Positions 26,568 to 35,508 of a DNA stretch of 62,906 nt are shown here, piece by piece (the stretch's first letter is position 1; every line of letters starts with the position of its first letter). The stretch is from the IMG/VR virus record IMGVR_UViG_3300020183_000075, positions 1 through 62,906 of that record. The stretch is one strand, 5' to 3'. The translations under genes were made by a program, and so were the position numbers. Under the pieces are notes generated by a model that was given only the letters and a program-made list of their open reading frames with translations, was not told where the DNA came from and ran no database searches. The DNA is from a virus (Duplodnaviria; Caudoviricetes).

Positions 26568-27196
26568 CAGTAATTTCCTTCAGAAAATGGATCTGTTTCT
26601 GTAAAATCTAATATATTTAGTTCAGTATCCAGATCCTGAATTTCTTGGTTCTCGGCAGTTGTACCACGAAGGTGGTCTTCTGTCTGTGCTGCATCTATAT
26701 CTGTATTGCCTGTTGTGAAGTGCTCTTCGTTGTAGGTGAATAGTTCGCAGGTAAGTCTAAAGCTGTATAATTTTCCTAGTTGATAAAAAGGGTTTTCATG
26801 TTCTACGAAATTTATTTCAAATACAGCCTTTGCCAGCGGAAAGAATATCAAATCACCTTCTCTTGGCCTTGTTATCTCTGGTATTCTGGTTTGAACTTCT
26901 TGAATAAATCTTTTCTTGGATACAGTAAGATTAACATTATCTCTAACTTCGATACCAAATTTACTAGCAATATCTCCTTGGCCTTCAAACCCAGCAACAG
27001 AATCAATATACATCTCTAAAGGTATACCAGTTTTAAAAAACGTACCCCATTGTTCTCCAAAAAGTAAATCTTGTTTAAATTTATCTCTAGGAATATAAAC
27101 CATATCTCTTCCCATTGTTTTTATCATTTCAATGGTGAGATCTTCTACAAGATTTTGTTCTCCAGAATAATCTTTAAAATATGGATTTATTGGCAT
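26567..27196 (-). CDS. 14: Neck protein (gp14)
   Basis: NPYF, EQNLVEDL..E, SKFG, RPREGDLIFFP, FEINFVEHENPFYQLGK, CELF.Y. Confidence 0.95.
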   Translation of the reverse strand: MPINPYFKDYSGEQNLVEDLTIEMIKTMGRDMVYIPRDKFKQDLLFGEQWGTFFKTGIPLEMYIDSVAGFEGQGDIASKFGIEVRDNVNLTVSKKRFIQEVQTRIPEITRPREGDLIFFPLAKAVFEINFVEHENPFYQLGKLYSFRLTCELFTYNEEHFTTGNTDIDAAQTEDHLRGTTAENQEIQDLDTELNILDFTETDPFSEGNY

Positions 27197-27197
27197 A

Positions 27198-27998
27198 TTA
27201 ACCTGTCATGAAATCTACTGGCAGTTCAGAATTATATAAGAATTCTTGTTCTATTTGAGCAATTTCTTGCATTGCTTCTGCGTAAATCTGTCCTCCACGC
27301 ATAGTTACTCCACCGGGCAAAGCAACACCATCAAATTTAGACATGTTGGTTCCCCATTGTTTCTTTATAAGAGCTGTTGCATATCTCTTTAAATAACGAT
27401 CATCATATATTTCTGTATATTTTTCAGGGTCTAAAATGGCATACGCTTGTATGACAATCCAGTCTCCTTCTTTTACTTCTTCACTCCACTTCATATTTAA
27501 GTTTAAACGATTAGTAACTTTGCTAAATGCTATAGCCTTTTCTGGCTGAAAATAATCTTCAATAAGTTTTATATACCGCATCATAGCATCGTAATTTGCA
27601 AGACCCATAGAATGAGTTCCTTGGAGATTACGATTTACACCAAAATAATCTGTTAATGCCATTTGATATCGAACATCAAACATATTGATGTTGGCAAAAT
27701 TACCAAATTGCATCACTTTAACTATAGAAACTATTTCTTTACCGCTTGGTCCATCAACACCATTAGGAGGAAGAATATCATCCGTATTAATGTATTGATT
27801 GATAATGTCTTGGGCAGTTATTTGGTATTTAAAAAATACTTTTTCAACACCATCAAAATGGCGTTCAACAAAGAAATCCAAAGCATCATCAAGTCGTTCT
27901 TCACACTGCTGCCAGTCAACGTTTATTTCGACTACAGGAGCACCTAAACGGCGTAAACAGTATTGTATCAGGGATTCTCTTGAATTTGGTTTTGCCAT
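27198..27998 (-). CDS. 13: Neck protein (gp13)
   Basis: YCLRRLGAPVVEINV, YATALIKKQWG.N.SKF.GV.LPGGVT..G. Confidence 0.96.
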   Translation of the reverse strand: MAKPNSRESLIQYCLRRLGAPVVEINVDWQQCEERLDDALDFFVERHFDGVEKVFFKYQITAQDIINQYINTDDILPPNGVDGPSGKEIVSIVKVMQFGNFANINMFDVRYQMALTDYFGVNRNLQGTHSMGLANYDAMMRYIKLIEDYFQPEKAIAFSKVTNRLNLNMKWSEEVKEGDWIVIQAYAILDPEKYTEIYDDRYLKRYATALIKKQWGTNMSKFDGVALPGGVTMRGGQIYAEAMQEIAQIEQEFLYNSELPVDFMTG

Positions 27999-28013
27999 AA
28001 ATTACCTTACAAG

Positions 28014-28021
28014 TATTTATG
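28014..28021 (-). promoter_or_regulatory. T4-type late promoter (CATAAATA) upstream of gp13
   Basis: One mismatch to consensus, intergenic. Confidence 0.6.
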
Positions 28022-28039
28022 GCATTTTAAAATTTCAGG

Positions 28040-28645
28040 TTATTGTTGTGCTATAGAATCTGGAGGAAGTTCTGGACCTTGTGGCTTACTTTCTGTAGAT
28101 TGGGGCTTTGGGTCTGGAGTTGTTATTGGTGTTTTTAAAACTTCATTAAAATCCATATTTTCAATATAATAACGTCTTGTTATTGGTTCATTTGCTTCAT
28201 CTGGTTCGCTATGATGATAATTACTAAATCCAGGCATATTTAATGGGCAATTTAGTCTAGGATAATCTAATTTACTATATTCAGCACCAGTAGACATCAG
28301 CCATGTATGAGGTTTATCTCCACAACCACAACCACCACAATAGTGCTTCCCTGCAGTTTTACTTTCTTTTAAATGTTCACATGGTGGAAGGATTCCACCA
28401 TTATTAGTATTACCAAAACAACTCAGAACTCGTAGTTGCTTTGATGCAGGACTGGTTTTTTTATCTGTTAATCCTCTAGAGGTTAAAGCGGTAGCAAAGC
28501 TTTTAACCATACTCATTTTATTAATAAATCCATCATTTTGCGGTTGTTGATTAACAACACTTCTAAATGATTGAAATTTTTGTTCGTTATTTACTGGATC
28601 TGGTTGATCCGACGTTTTTTTATTTTTATTGCATCCACATCCCAT
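28040..28645 (-). CDS. Cysteine-rich, probably metal-binding protein
   Basis: MGCGCNK N-terminus; C...CEH...CGGCGCG...CP cluster; AGGAG RBS. Confidence 0.65.
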   Translation of the reverse strand: MGCGCNKNKKTSDQPDPVNNEQKFQSFRSVVNQQPQNDGFINKMSMVKSFATALTSRGLTDKKTSPASKQLRVLSCFGNTNNGGILPPCEHLKESKTAGKHYCGGCGCGDKPHTWLMSTGAEYSKLDYPRLNCPLNMPGFSNYHHSEPDEANEPITRRYYIENMDFNEVLKTPITTPDPKPQSTESKPQGPELPPDSIAQQ

Positions 28646-28672
28646 AATGTAAACTCCTATACTTATATAGTT

Positions 28673-28700
28673 ATATTACAGTAAAAAAATTAATAGTCAA
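28673..28700 (-). promoter_or_regulatory. Possible sigma70-type promoter upstream of the Cys-rich gene
   Basis: TTGACT-16 nt-TAATAT; a late-like TATAAGTA lies just downstream (28660-28667). Confidence 0.45.
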
Positions 28701-28706
28701 ATATAA

Positions 28707-30368
28707 TTAAACAGAATTAGTTTGTCTGTTTGTAAAAGCTCGTTTACAGTTTTCAACATCAACCTGATAATCATCACGAGTTCTAGCCCAATCTTCATTG
28801 AAATTTTGAGTTAAAGTATTTAACTGATTTTGATAAATTTGTTCACAATCATTTTTTGTTGTAACTTTACAAACTTCTTTTTCTTGTGATATTCTTTGTT
28901 TTTCTTGTTCAAAGGCACGTCTTAAAAGTCTTTGTTTATATAACAATTTTTGAAACACAGAATCCAAACAAGTTTTAATATCTTTATATTCTAATGAATA
29001 ATAATTTCCTGGTCCCGGTGGTACTAATACAGGTCTAGGAAATAATACTGGAAGTTTATATGGTCCGGGTATTTTTGGAAAACTATACGCAGATTTTACG
29101 TTTGAAATATTTTCAATATAAATTCTTCTAAATAATCTAATTTTTATTGGAGCATTTCTATCGACTATAGAAACTCTACCATACGATTGTGTTGTTGCAT
29201 CTTGTGCATAATTATAATAATTTTTAGATATTTTTTGAGTTGATCCTAATTTATAACCAGTAGATGTTAAATATAAACCATCTTTTAAATGTGCATTGTT
29301 GTACACATTGCTGGTCGAATTTATGTTTTTAAAATAAAGAGCAAGCTCATCTTGACTTGGTAGATACCAATCTTGAAATCCATTTTTCTTGTATGATTTG
29401 ATATAATTTAAAAGTTTTGTTCCAATATTAGAATCGGTATTATATAAACCATCAGAATTTGATATGTTTATATCATTTGCGGTTTCTGTGGTTGAGTTAT
29501 ATGGTAAATCTATTTCTATATCTTCCGTGTCTGCTATTAATATCCAAGTATTTGTATATCCTGTTTGTGCGCCTTTTCTGGCTTTATAAAGGTTTGGATT
29601 TCCTGTGTTGGTATTACCAAAAACAAATACCTCTTTATTAGTGTCTACATCAAACGTTCCAACATAAAATCCACCCTGATAATAATCACCAATATTTGGA
29701 ATCTTTTTGAGATTGTTTGTGGTTTCGTCTAATTCTTTTTTATACACTATTGGAGAAATTCGTGGCTGTATAGAATACGAATTAATGAGACCATCACAAA
29801 TATTGGTTGCACACGAAAATAGTCCTGTTACGCTGGGCGGAAACCAAGTGCCTGAACATTCTGGTTGTGTTGTCTTTTCACATATAGGAGAACCACCAGT
29901 AAACCCACAACAATGGCCAATAATCATATTAGCTGTTATATCAGAAGTTCTATAGTCTGATGGCTCTTCTGTAATATTACTATTTTTTACACCATTACAC
30001 GCAACATTACCACCATCTGTAACACAAACTCCCCCCAGAGTAAAGCTGGGATACAGACCTTCTGTTCCATCTTGATTTTTTTCGGCACACTCTATCGCAC
30101 TGTTAACAGATTCACAAACTTGAATGTATGTTCCGTTGTCGTCTTTCCAATAACAGCAAACTCCTTCTGGACTAATTAAATTTGAAACACACGTTGCAGT
30201 CTGTGGACAAAATGTGGAATTGGTTCCACCAAGAATAAAAAATCCACCTTGGCAAATACTGCGGTTGGCTACAACCATATTTGCACTACAACACCAACCA
30301 CTACCGCCTTGATCTACGTTAGGCTTAATTTGTTGATTTTGTATTCTGGATCTGAAATGTATACTCAT
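28707..30368 (-). CDS. Virion fibre/adhesin with GxCC Cys repeats and a DUF1566 (Lcl-like) domain
   Basis: GWCC, GVCC, GHCC repeats; IGDYYQGGFYVG...DG..NT...GFQDWYLPSQDEL...YLTST...IRLFRR; helical C-terminal tail. Confidence 0.7.
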   Translation of the reverse strand: MSIHFRSRIQNQQIKPNVDQGGSGWCCSANMVVANRSICQGGFFILGGTNSTFCPQTATCVSNLISPEGVCCYWKDDNGTYIQVCESVNSAIECAEKNQDGTEGLYPSFTLGGVCVTDGGNVACNGVKNSNITEEPSDYRTSDITANMIIGHCCGFTGGSPICEKTTQPECSGTWFPPSVTGLFSCATNICDGLINSYSIQPRISPIVYKKELDETTNNLKKIPNIGDYYQGGFYVGTFDVDTNKEVFVFGNTNTGNPNLYKARKGAQTGYTNTWILIADTEDIEIDLPYNSTTETANDINISNSDGLYNTDSNIGTKLLNYIKSYKKNGFQDWYLPSQDELALYFKNINSTSNVYNNAHLKDGLYLTSTGYKLGSTQKISKNYYNYAQDATTQSYGRVSIVDRNAPIKIRLFRRIYIENISNVKSAYSFPKIPGPYKLPVLFPRPVLVPPGPGNYYSLEYKDIKTCLDSVFQKLLYKQRLLRRAFEQEKQRISQEKEVCKVTTKNDCEQIYQNQLNTLTQNFNEDWARTRDDYQVDVENCKRAFTNRQTNSV

Positions 30369-30369
30369 T

Positions 30370-33300
30370 TTAGCAATCTGGTAAAGTGTTGCAATCAGTA
30401 GTGGTAGAGCAATCCATTAACACGCACTGATTGTTTCCATTTTCGTCTGTTATCAATTTATATTTATTAACTCTTGGACTGGGCAAAGTTAAAGATATTG
30501 GAGTTCTAGGAACCGATACTAATTTTGTTTTTTCTACAGTTCTGAAAGAGCCATCGACAGTATCTATCAGAGAAAATATTACAGTTGCGTATATATTTAC
30601 ATTTGTGGTATTACTGTATCCGGTTGTAGGAACTTTATTGAAGAATATAAGAGGATTATCTGTCGATACAATGGTATGTACACCTGCACCATCATTAAAA
30701 GAACTGGTTGGTTCTGTGCTCCAATTTATTATGAACCCGTCGTATTCATACCAGTAATTTACTTGATAAGCGTCTAATTTAAAATTAGTGCCAGCAATAT
30801 AGTATTCAAATCCATTATCTGTCACAGGAACGCATTGTGGATTAGAACCATTACAATCGGTTGTTACGGTTGCAGAAAAATATCCCAGTTGATAATCTGT
30901 AATTATATTTGTAGAAAAATCAATTTCTGGTATTTTTGAATTTGGGTCTTTATATTTTTTAACTATTCTGATGGGAGCATTTCTGACCGTAGAACTACAT
31001 CCATCTGCACTCCAATTATAAAATGGAATATCTTCTCCGTCAGTATAATAGACTACAAATTCGTTGCTCTGTAGTGATGCGGTCGGGAGAATAATTGGAG
31101 TGCCACTTATTGCTTTTTCTATTTTGAAACGAGTTCGATCTTCACCATCACATGCGCGCATAGTCAAAGATGTAGGATCAGAAGGATCGCTCGGTTGGCC
31201 ATTCATGTAATAAAAGTATTCGTTTGTTTTTTCTACAGCAGGGACATCGCCGTATATTCTTGGTGTTAATACAGTATTACCGGATCCATCATCTGCTCTT
31301 TCTATGGTTATAACACGATATTGTGTTGGAGATGGAGATATAGAACAATCAATATTAGCACCTGCTCCTGTGTTTGGTTTAAATGGAGATCCATTTTCTC
31401 CAAAACAAACAGAAGTACATTCTTTATTGGTGCACATCATTACAGAACCATCACAGTCTTGGCAGAACATGGGATACCAGAATATCTGATTTAATTGTGC
31501 TTTAACAGTTAAATATTCTTGCTCGGTAGAATACCAGTTTAAAGTGTCTTTTAGATCCCAGCTGTAAATAGTATTAAGAGAACCGCACTCTAATATTTGT
31601 TCAGTAATTCTATCTAAAATTAATTTTCTATCTGTTGAGCCCGGAATTGGTTCAGTATCAGATAGTTTTATTTCTCTAATACTGTCAATAGAATAACGAG
31701 GATCTCGGTCATACTTACAACCACTAGGTACACATCTTTTATTAGCACTTACCGAGCAACCATACGATACGTTTGTGGTATTGATAATATCAACCAAGCA
31801 GTTTTGTTTTGTTACATCTATTAGACTTGTGCCGGGTATACAGTATGTTTTAAATACTAATGCATACTTTGTTCTTTCAAATGTTCTGACACGACATACT
31901 CCAGCTTGTTTGGGATCTGCAAAACTACCTTCACATATTCCGCTGTTAGAATAACTTGTGTAGATTACAAAATATCTAACATCGGAACCGGGTTCGGAAA
32001 ATTGTAATACAGTATCATTAATTTTATTGTCGTCTTTTGCCGGACAACAAGTAGCCAACTCTGCTGGTGTTATAAATGTAACACCTGCATTTTCATTTTC
32101 AGCTGTAAAAAGTACTGCTTTTTCGTTTGTGATATTATTACTATTTTGTATAAAATTAGTAATATTTGTAATTATATTTCTTTGATCTATTTCTGATGTT
32201 ACACCAGCCGATACTAGATCTCCATATAGCCCAGAAACATTTTCAAAAGATACATTATGCCAATATGGATAATCTTCTTGCCCTGCTAGCGATACTCCTT
32301 TACAACCGATCTGGAAAGAACCGTCATTCATTAGAATATCTAATAAATTATTACAAGATCCTTCACAATTATTCACGCCAGACCCTATATTCCATTCTGA
32401 ATGTTTGCATGTTACAGCAACCGTAGGATCTGCACTGAGATCGTTTTCTTTAGTTATCCTGCAGTCATTATTGTCTTCAACATCTGACGTGGTTATGCAA
32501 ACAGGAGTAACCACATAATCAGAGCCCACCTTCTGCAGATCAACACAGAAATCACAAGACCCGTATTGAGACTGAACCGGATAAAAATAATTAACACCAG
32601 TATTTGTGTCTTGTGTATAACAATCACGACAATATCGTTTAGCTAACCATTCTGATTTTATCAGTTTACTGTTTGGTCTTCCAGCACAAGATGAGATATA
32701 TCTGGGTTTCATCTTATATGTTAAAGAAGTTTTTACCACGCCAGAACTGTCTTTCATCTGTATAACAAAATTGGCTGCTTCATATATTGTGTCTGGTCCA
32801 ATATTATCACTATTATTATCAAATTGTAGTGCAAATGTTAGACCGCTAGTTCCTGTTGGATTTGTTAATGTATATTCTCCTGAAAGATTGTCATAATTTC
32901 CTGATATATCTCTAGTAAAGAAAAAACCAATTTGAAAACCTGTAGCTGAATCCGTATATACTCTTTGTTGTTTAATAACAACATTAGAATCATTAGTTTT
33001 TGCTCTAAATATGGCTACAGTTCCGGGATTTCCTACACTTACACTATTGTCAGGAATTACATTATCAGTAATTACTGAAGGCTGTACAGTCTCTAAAATA
33101 TAGTATAAATTACAAGGTCCACGCAAATCACAAGACTGAGTATTCCACACACCGCCAGCAGCACTGCAAACTGTTTCTGATACAATATTGTGACAAGTTC
33201 CATCAATACAGCAAGAACCAACTCTGCAAGAATTTTCACAACTTATCAGTGCGTTAAATACACCAGCACGAACATCTTCACAAAATTCTCTGGTAACATA

Positions 33301-34398
33301 GTCTTCACAACCACCAGAATAACAGCAAGACCCTATTCCACCATAATCAACAGGTACATCAGAACCAAAAAATCTGTCAACGAAAGATGCATTATAGCTT
33401 GTTAAATCTCCAGATATTGGTGTTTCTATTCTGAGAATATTCATTCCAGAACCAAACGCATAATTTTGTATACCAGTTATTCCACCTTCAAATTTAACAT
33501 TTTGAGGAAAGTTCCAAACATCAGATCCTTCAATAAAAAACAACCAAGATCTCAGCTGATTATCTGCTCTCTTTCTTGAGAATGCTGTTATTCCAATTGG
33601 AGTTGTTAGTTTGAATACAGAAGATTTATCTAAATCTAGAACATATCCACCAGAATCTACCTTTTTGATACCATCGGTTATAGGAACAGAACCTGGTGTA
33701 AAGTTTCTGTTTAATCCATTTATATTTAAAAATGGAGTAGTAAAATCAGTAAATGATTTAATCTCAGATACAGTATTTACATCAGGATTAGCAGTTAATC
33801 CAAATTCTAAAACACCATAATTTAAATTAGACTTAAAACTAGAATTATTGTCTTCAAAAGATTGATTTTGTACTCTAATTCTAGAATTAGTAGCAGTATA
33901 ACTAGTATTCGTAAATGTTATAAATTCGTCTGCAGTAGTTCCAAACAAAACAGAACCGGAAGGAATATCATTTATAGTTAAGAGTATTTCTGTGCCGTCT
34001 GGGCTTAAAGATGTGGTGGTATATTGACCGTCACCACAAATACCACGCAAAACAAATGTCATTCCACCACTAACACCAACAAAAATGCTGTAATAATCAA
34101 AACCAAATGAAGCGCTCACACCTCTAGAATTAAAATAAGTTATACTTGGCCCAGTAAATCCTGTTATAGGACCGACAGTAATACCATTAGACAGATAAAA
34201 ATACACCCCAGCGGAAAGAGGACTGGTATTGGTTGTTACTTGCCTAATATAAACGCCTGTAGCCCCGGTGGGACCGGCAGTTATGCCTAAAAGCCCTATA
34301 CTTCCGATTTCTCCGGCGGGACCAGTGTTACCGGCTGGTCCAGTTAGAGCAAATCCTTCTCCGCCAATTGAACTAGATCCTATTTGTATAGATGGCAT
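30370..34398 (-). CDS. Large tail fibre-like protein (collagen-like N-terminus, Cys repeats)
   Basis: GPAGNTGPAGEIG...GPTGATG; two GSCC six-Cys repeats; long Cys/Thr-rich body. Confidence 0.7.
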   Translation of the reverse strand: MPSIQIGSSSIGGEGFALTGPAGNTGPAGEIGSIGLLGITAGPTGATGVYIRQVTTNTSPLSAGVYFYLSNGITVGPITGFTGPSITYFNSRGVSASFGFDYYSIFVGVSGGMTFVLRGICGDGQYTTTSLSPDGTEILLTINDIPSGSVLFGTTADEFITFTNTSYTATNSRIRVQNQSFEDNNSSFKSNLNYGVLEFGLTANPDVNTVSEIKSFTDFTTPFLNINGLNRNFTPGSVPITDGIKKVDSGGYVLDLDKSSVFKLTTPIGITAFSRKRADNQLRSWLFFIEGSDVWNFPQNVKFEGGITGIQNYAFGSGMNILRIETPISGDLTSYNASFVDRFFGSDVPVDYGGIGSCCYSGGCEDYVTREFCEDVRAGVFNALISCENSCRVGSCCIDGTCHNIVSETVCSAAGGVWNTQSCDLRGPCNLYYILETVQPSVITDNVIPDNSVSVGNPGTVAIFRAKTNDSNVVIKQQRVYTDSATGFQIGFFFTRDISGNYDNLSGEYTLTNPTGTSGLTFALQFDNNSDNIGPDTIYEAANFVIQMKDSSGVVKTSLTYKMKPRYISSCAGRPNSKLIKSEWLAKRYCRDCYTQDTNTGVNYFYPVQSQYGSCDFCVDLQKVGSDYVVTPVCITTSDVEDNNDCRITKENDLSADPTVAVTCKHSEWNIGSGVNNCEGSCNNLLDILMNDGSFQIGCKGVSLAGQEDYPYWHNVSFENVSGLYGDLVSAGVTSEIDQRNIITNITNFIQNSNNITNEKAVLFTAENENAGVTFITPAELATCCPAKDDNKINDTVLQFSEPGSDVRYFVIYTSYSNSGICEGSFADPKQAGVCRVRTFERTKYALVFKTYCIPGTSLIDVTKQNCLVDIINTTNVSYGCSVSANKRCVPSGCKYDRDPRYSIDSIREIKLSDTEPIPGSTDRKLILDRITEQILECGSLNTIYSWDLKDTLNWYSTEQEYLTVKAQLNQIFWYPMFCQDCDGSVMMCTNKECTSVCFGENGSPFKPNTGAGANIDCSISPSPTQYRVITIERADDGSGNTVLTPRIYGDVPAVEKTNEYFYYMNGQPSDPSDPTSLTMRACDGEDRTRFKIEKAISGTPIILPTASLQSNEFVVYYTDGEDIPFYNWSADGCSSTVRNAPIRIVKKYKDPNSKIPEIDFSTNIITDYQLGYFSATVTTDCNGSNPQCVPVTDNGFEYYIAGTNFKLDAYQVNYWYEYDGFIINWSTEPTSSFNDGAGVHTIVSTDNPLIFFNKVPTTGYSNTTNVNIYATVIFSLIDTVDGSFRTVEKTKLVSVPRTPISLTLPSPRVNKYKLITDENGNNQCVLMDCSTTTDCNTLPDC

Positions 34399-34410
34399 GG
34401 TTATTGATAT

Positions 34411-35508
34411 TTATGGTGTACAAGTGCTACCAGTACAAATAGCATTTCTAGTAAAAGTTCCACCTAAACGTTTACAATCAAAATTACTCAAATTAGCACA
34501 ATTTCCATTTGGAAAACAACATTTTCCTATATCTCTACAATTTCCAGTTCTTCGTTCTGCACAAGAAATAGGAGAGAATGTCCCATTAAGACTATTTTTA
34601 CACAATGTAGAATTAATATAATCTATACAACGAGGTCTACCATCACCATCACAATAACAACAAGAACCATATTGTTGTGCACTGAATGGTGTATTCTGAT
34701 CCCATGTATAAGTATTTTCTGTTCTAAAAATTTTTCTAGGACCTGTTGTTCCGCCTATGGTCGTATTCTGTGAAAATATTGTTACTTGATTTGTTCTATC
34801 TAAAAATACAGAATCTTCATCGTATTGAGAATAAGCAATATCTGCGGTTGTGCCAGTAACAAAAGTGTTTATGGTATCTGTTGAACTATTGATATTTTTA
34901 TTTGTTGTTAGACTACTTTGGGCAAACTGAGATATTACTGCTTTTGTTATGTGTATTGTTGTTAGACCTACAGTGTTTTCTTCGTATTTAAATAATGATG
35001 CGGCAAAAGTTTCAGCAGTATTACCGGCACTTCTTAATGCTGCACCATAATCACCTAAAGCGTATCCGCCAGCTAAAGTTACACCAGATACGATAATATC
35101 ATTTCCAGAATACGATGCAGTTAAACCACCTAAGAATTTTACAGGTTTAAACGATGCAGTTAAACCAAATACTGGACCTTTAATTTCAAAACTGGTATTT
35201 AAAACTGTTCCTGTAGAACCAGAAACAGTATAATACTCGTCTTGATTAGTAGAAGTAAATTCACTAAAAGTATTTCCAGACAAACCATTTAAAAATATTT
35301 CTGAAGAATCTGTTAGGTATACAGTGACACCATCAGTATTGGTGTATAAAATAAATGATATACCTAAACCAGTTGCACCTGTTGCCCCCGTTAAACCATC
35401 CGGACCAGTACTACCTCTAGGGCCGGTACTTCCTGTAGGACCACGATATGCCGAAGTATCGACAAATAAATTATTTACTACAAATATACTAGTTCCTACT
35501 TGGGTCAT
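34411..35508 (-). CDS. Collagen-like fibre protein with two C-terminal GxCC repeats
   Basis: GPTGSTGPRGSTGPDGLTGATGATG; GSCCYC...C and GKCCFPNGNC...C. Confidence 0.7.
   Translation of the reverse strand: MTQVGTSIFVVNNLFVDTSAYRGPTGSTGPRGSTGPDGLTGATGATGLGISFILYTNTDGVTVYLTDSSEIFLNGLSGNTFSEFTSTNQDEYYTVSGSTGTVLNTSFEIKGPVFGLTASFKPVKFLGGLTASYSGNDIIVSGVTLAGGYALGDYGAALRSAGNTAETFAASLFKYEENTVGLTTIHITKAVISQFAQSSLTTNKNINSSTDTINTFVTGTTADIAYSQYDEDSVFLDRTNQVTIFSQNTTIGGTTGPRKIFRTENTYTWDQNTPFSAQQYGSCCYCDGDGRPRCIDYINSTLCKNSLNGTFSPISCAERRTGNCRDIGKCCFPNGNCANLSNFDCKRLGGTFTRNAICTGSTCTP
35112..35167. repeat. 17-nt exact direct repeat encoding GLTAS twice
   Basis: acgatgcagttaaacca at 35112-35128 and 35151-35167. 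Confidence 0.85.
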
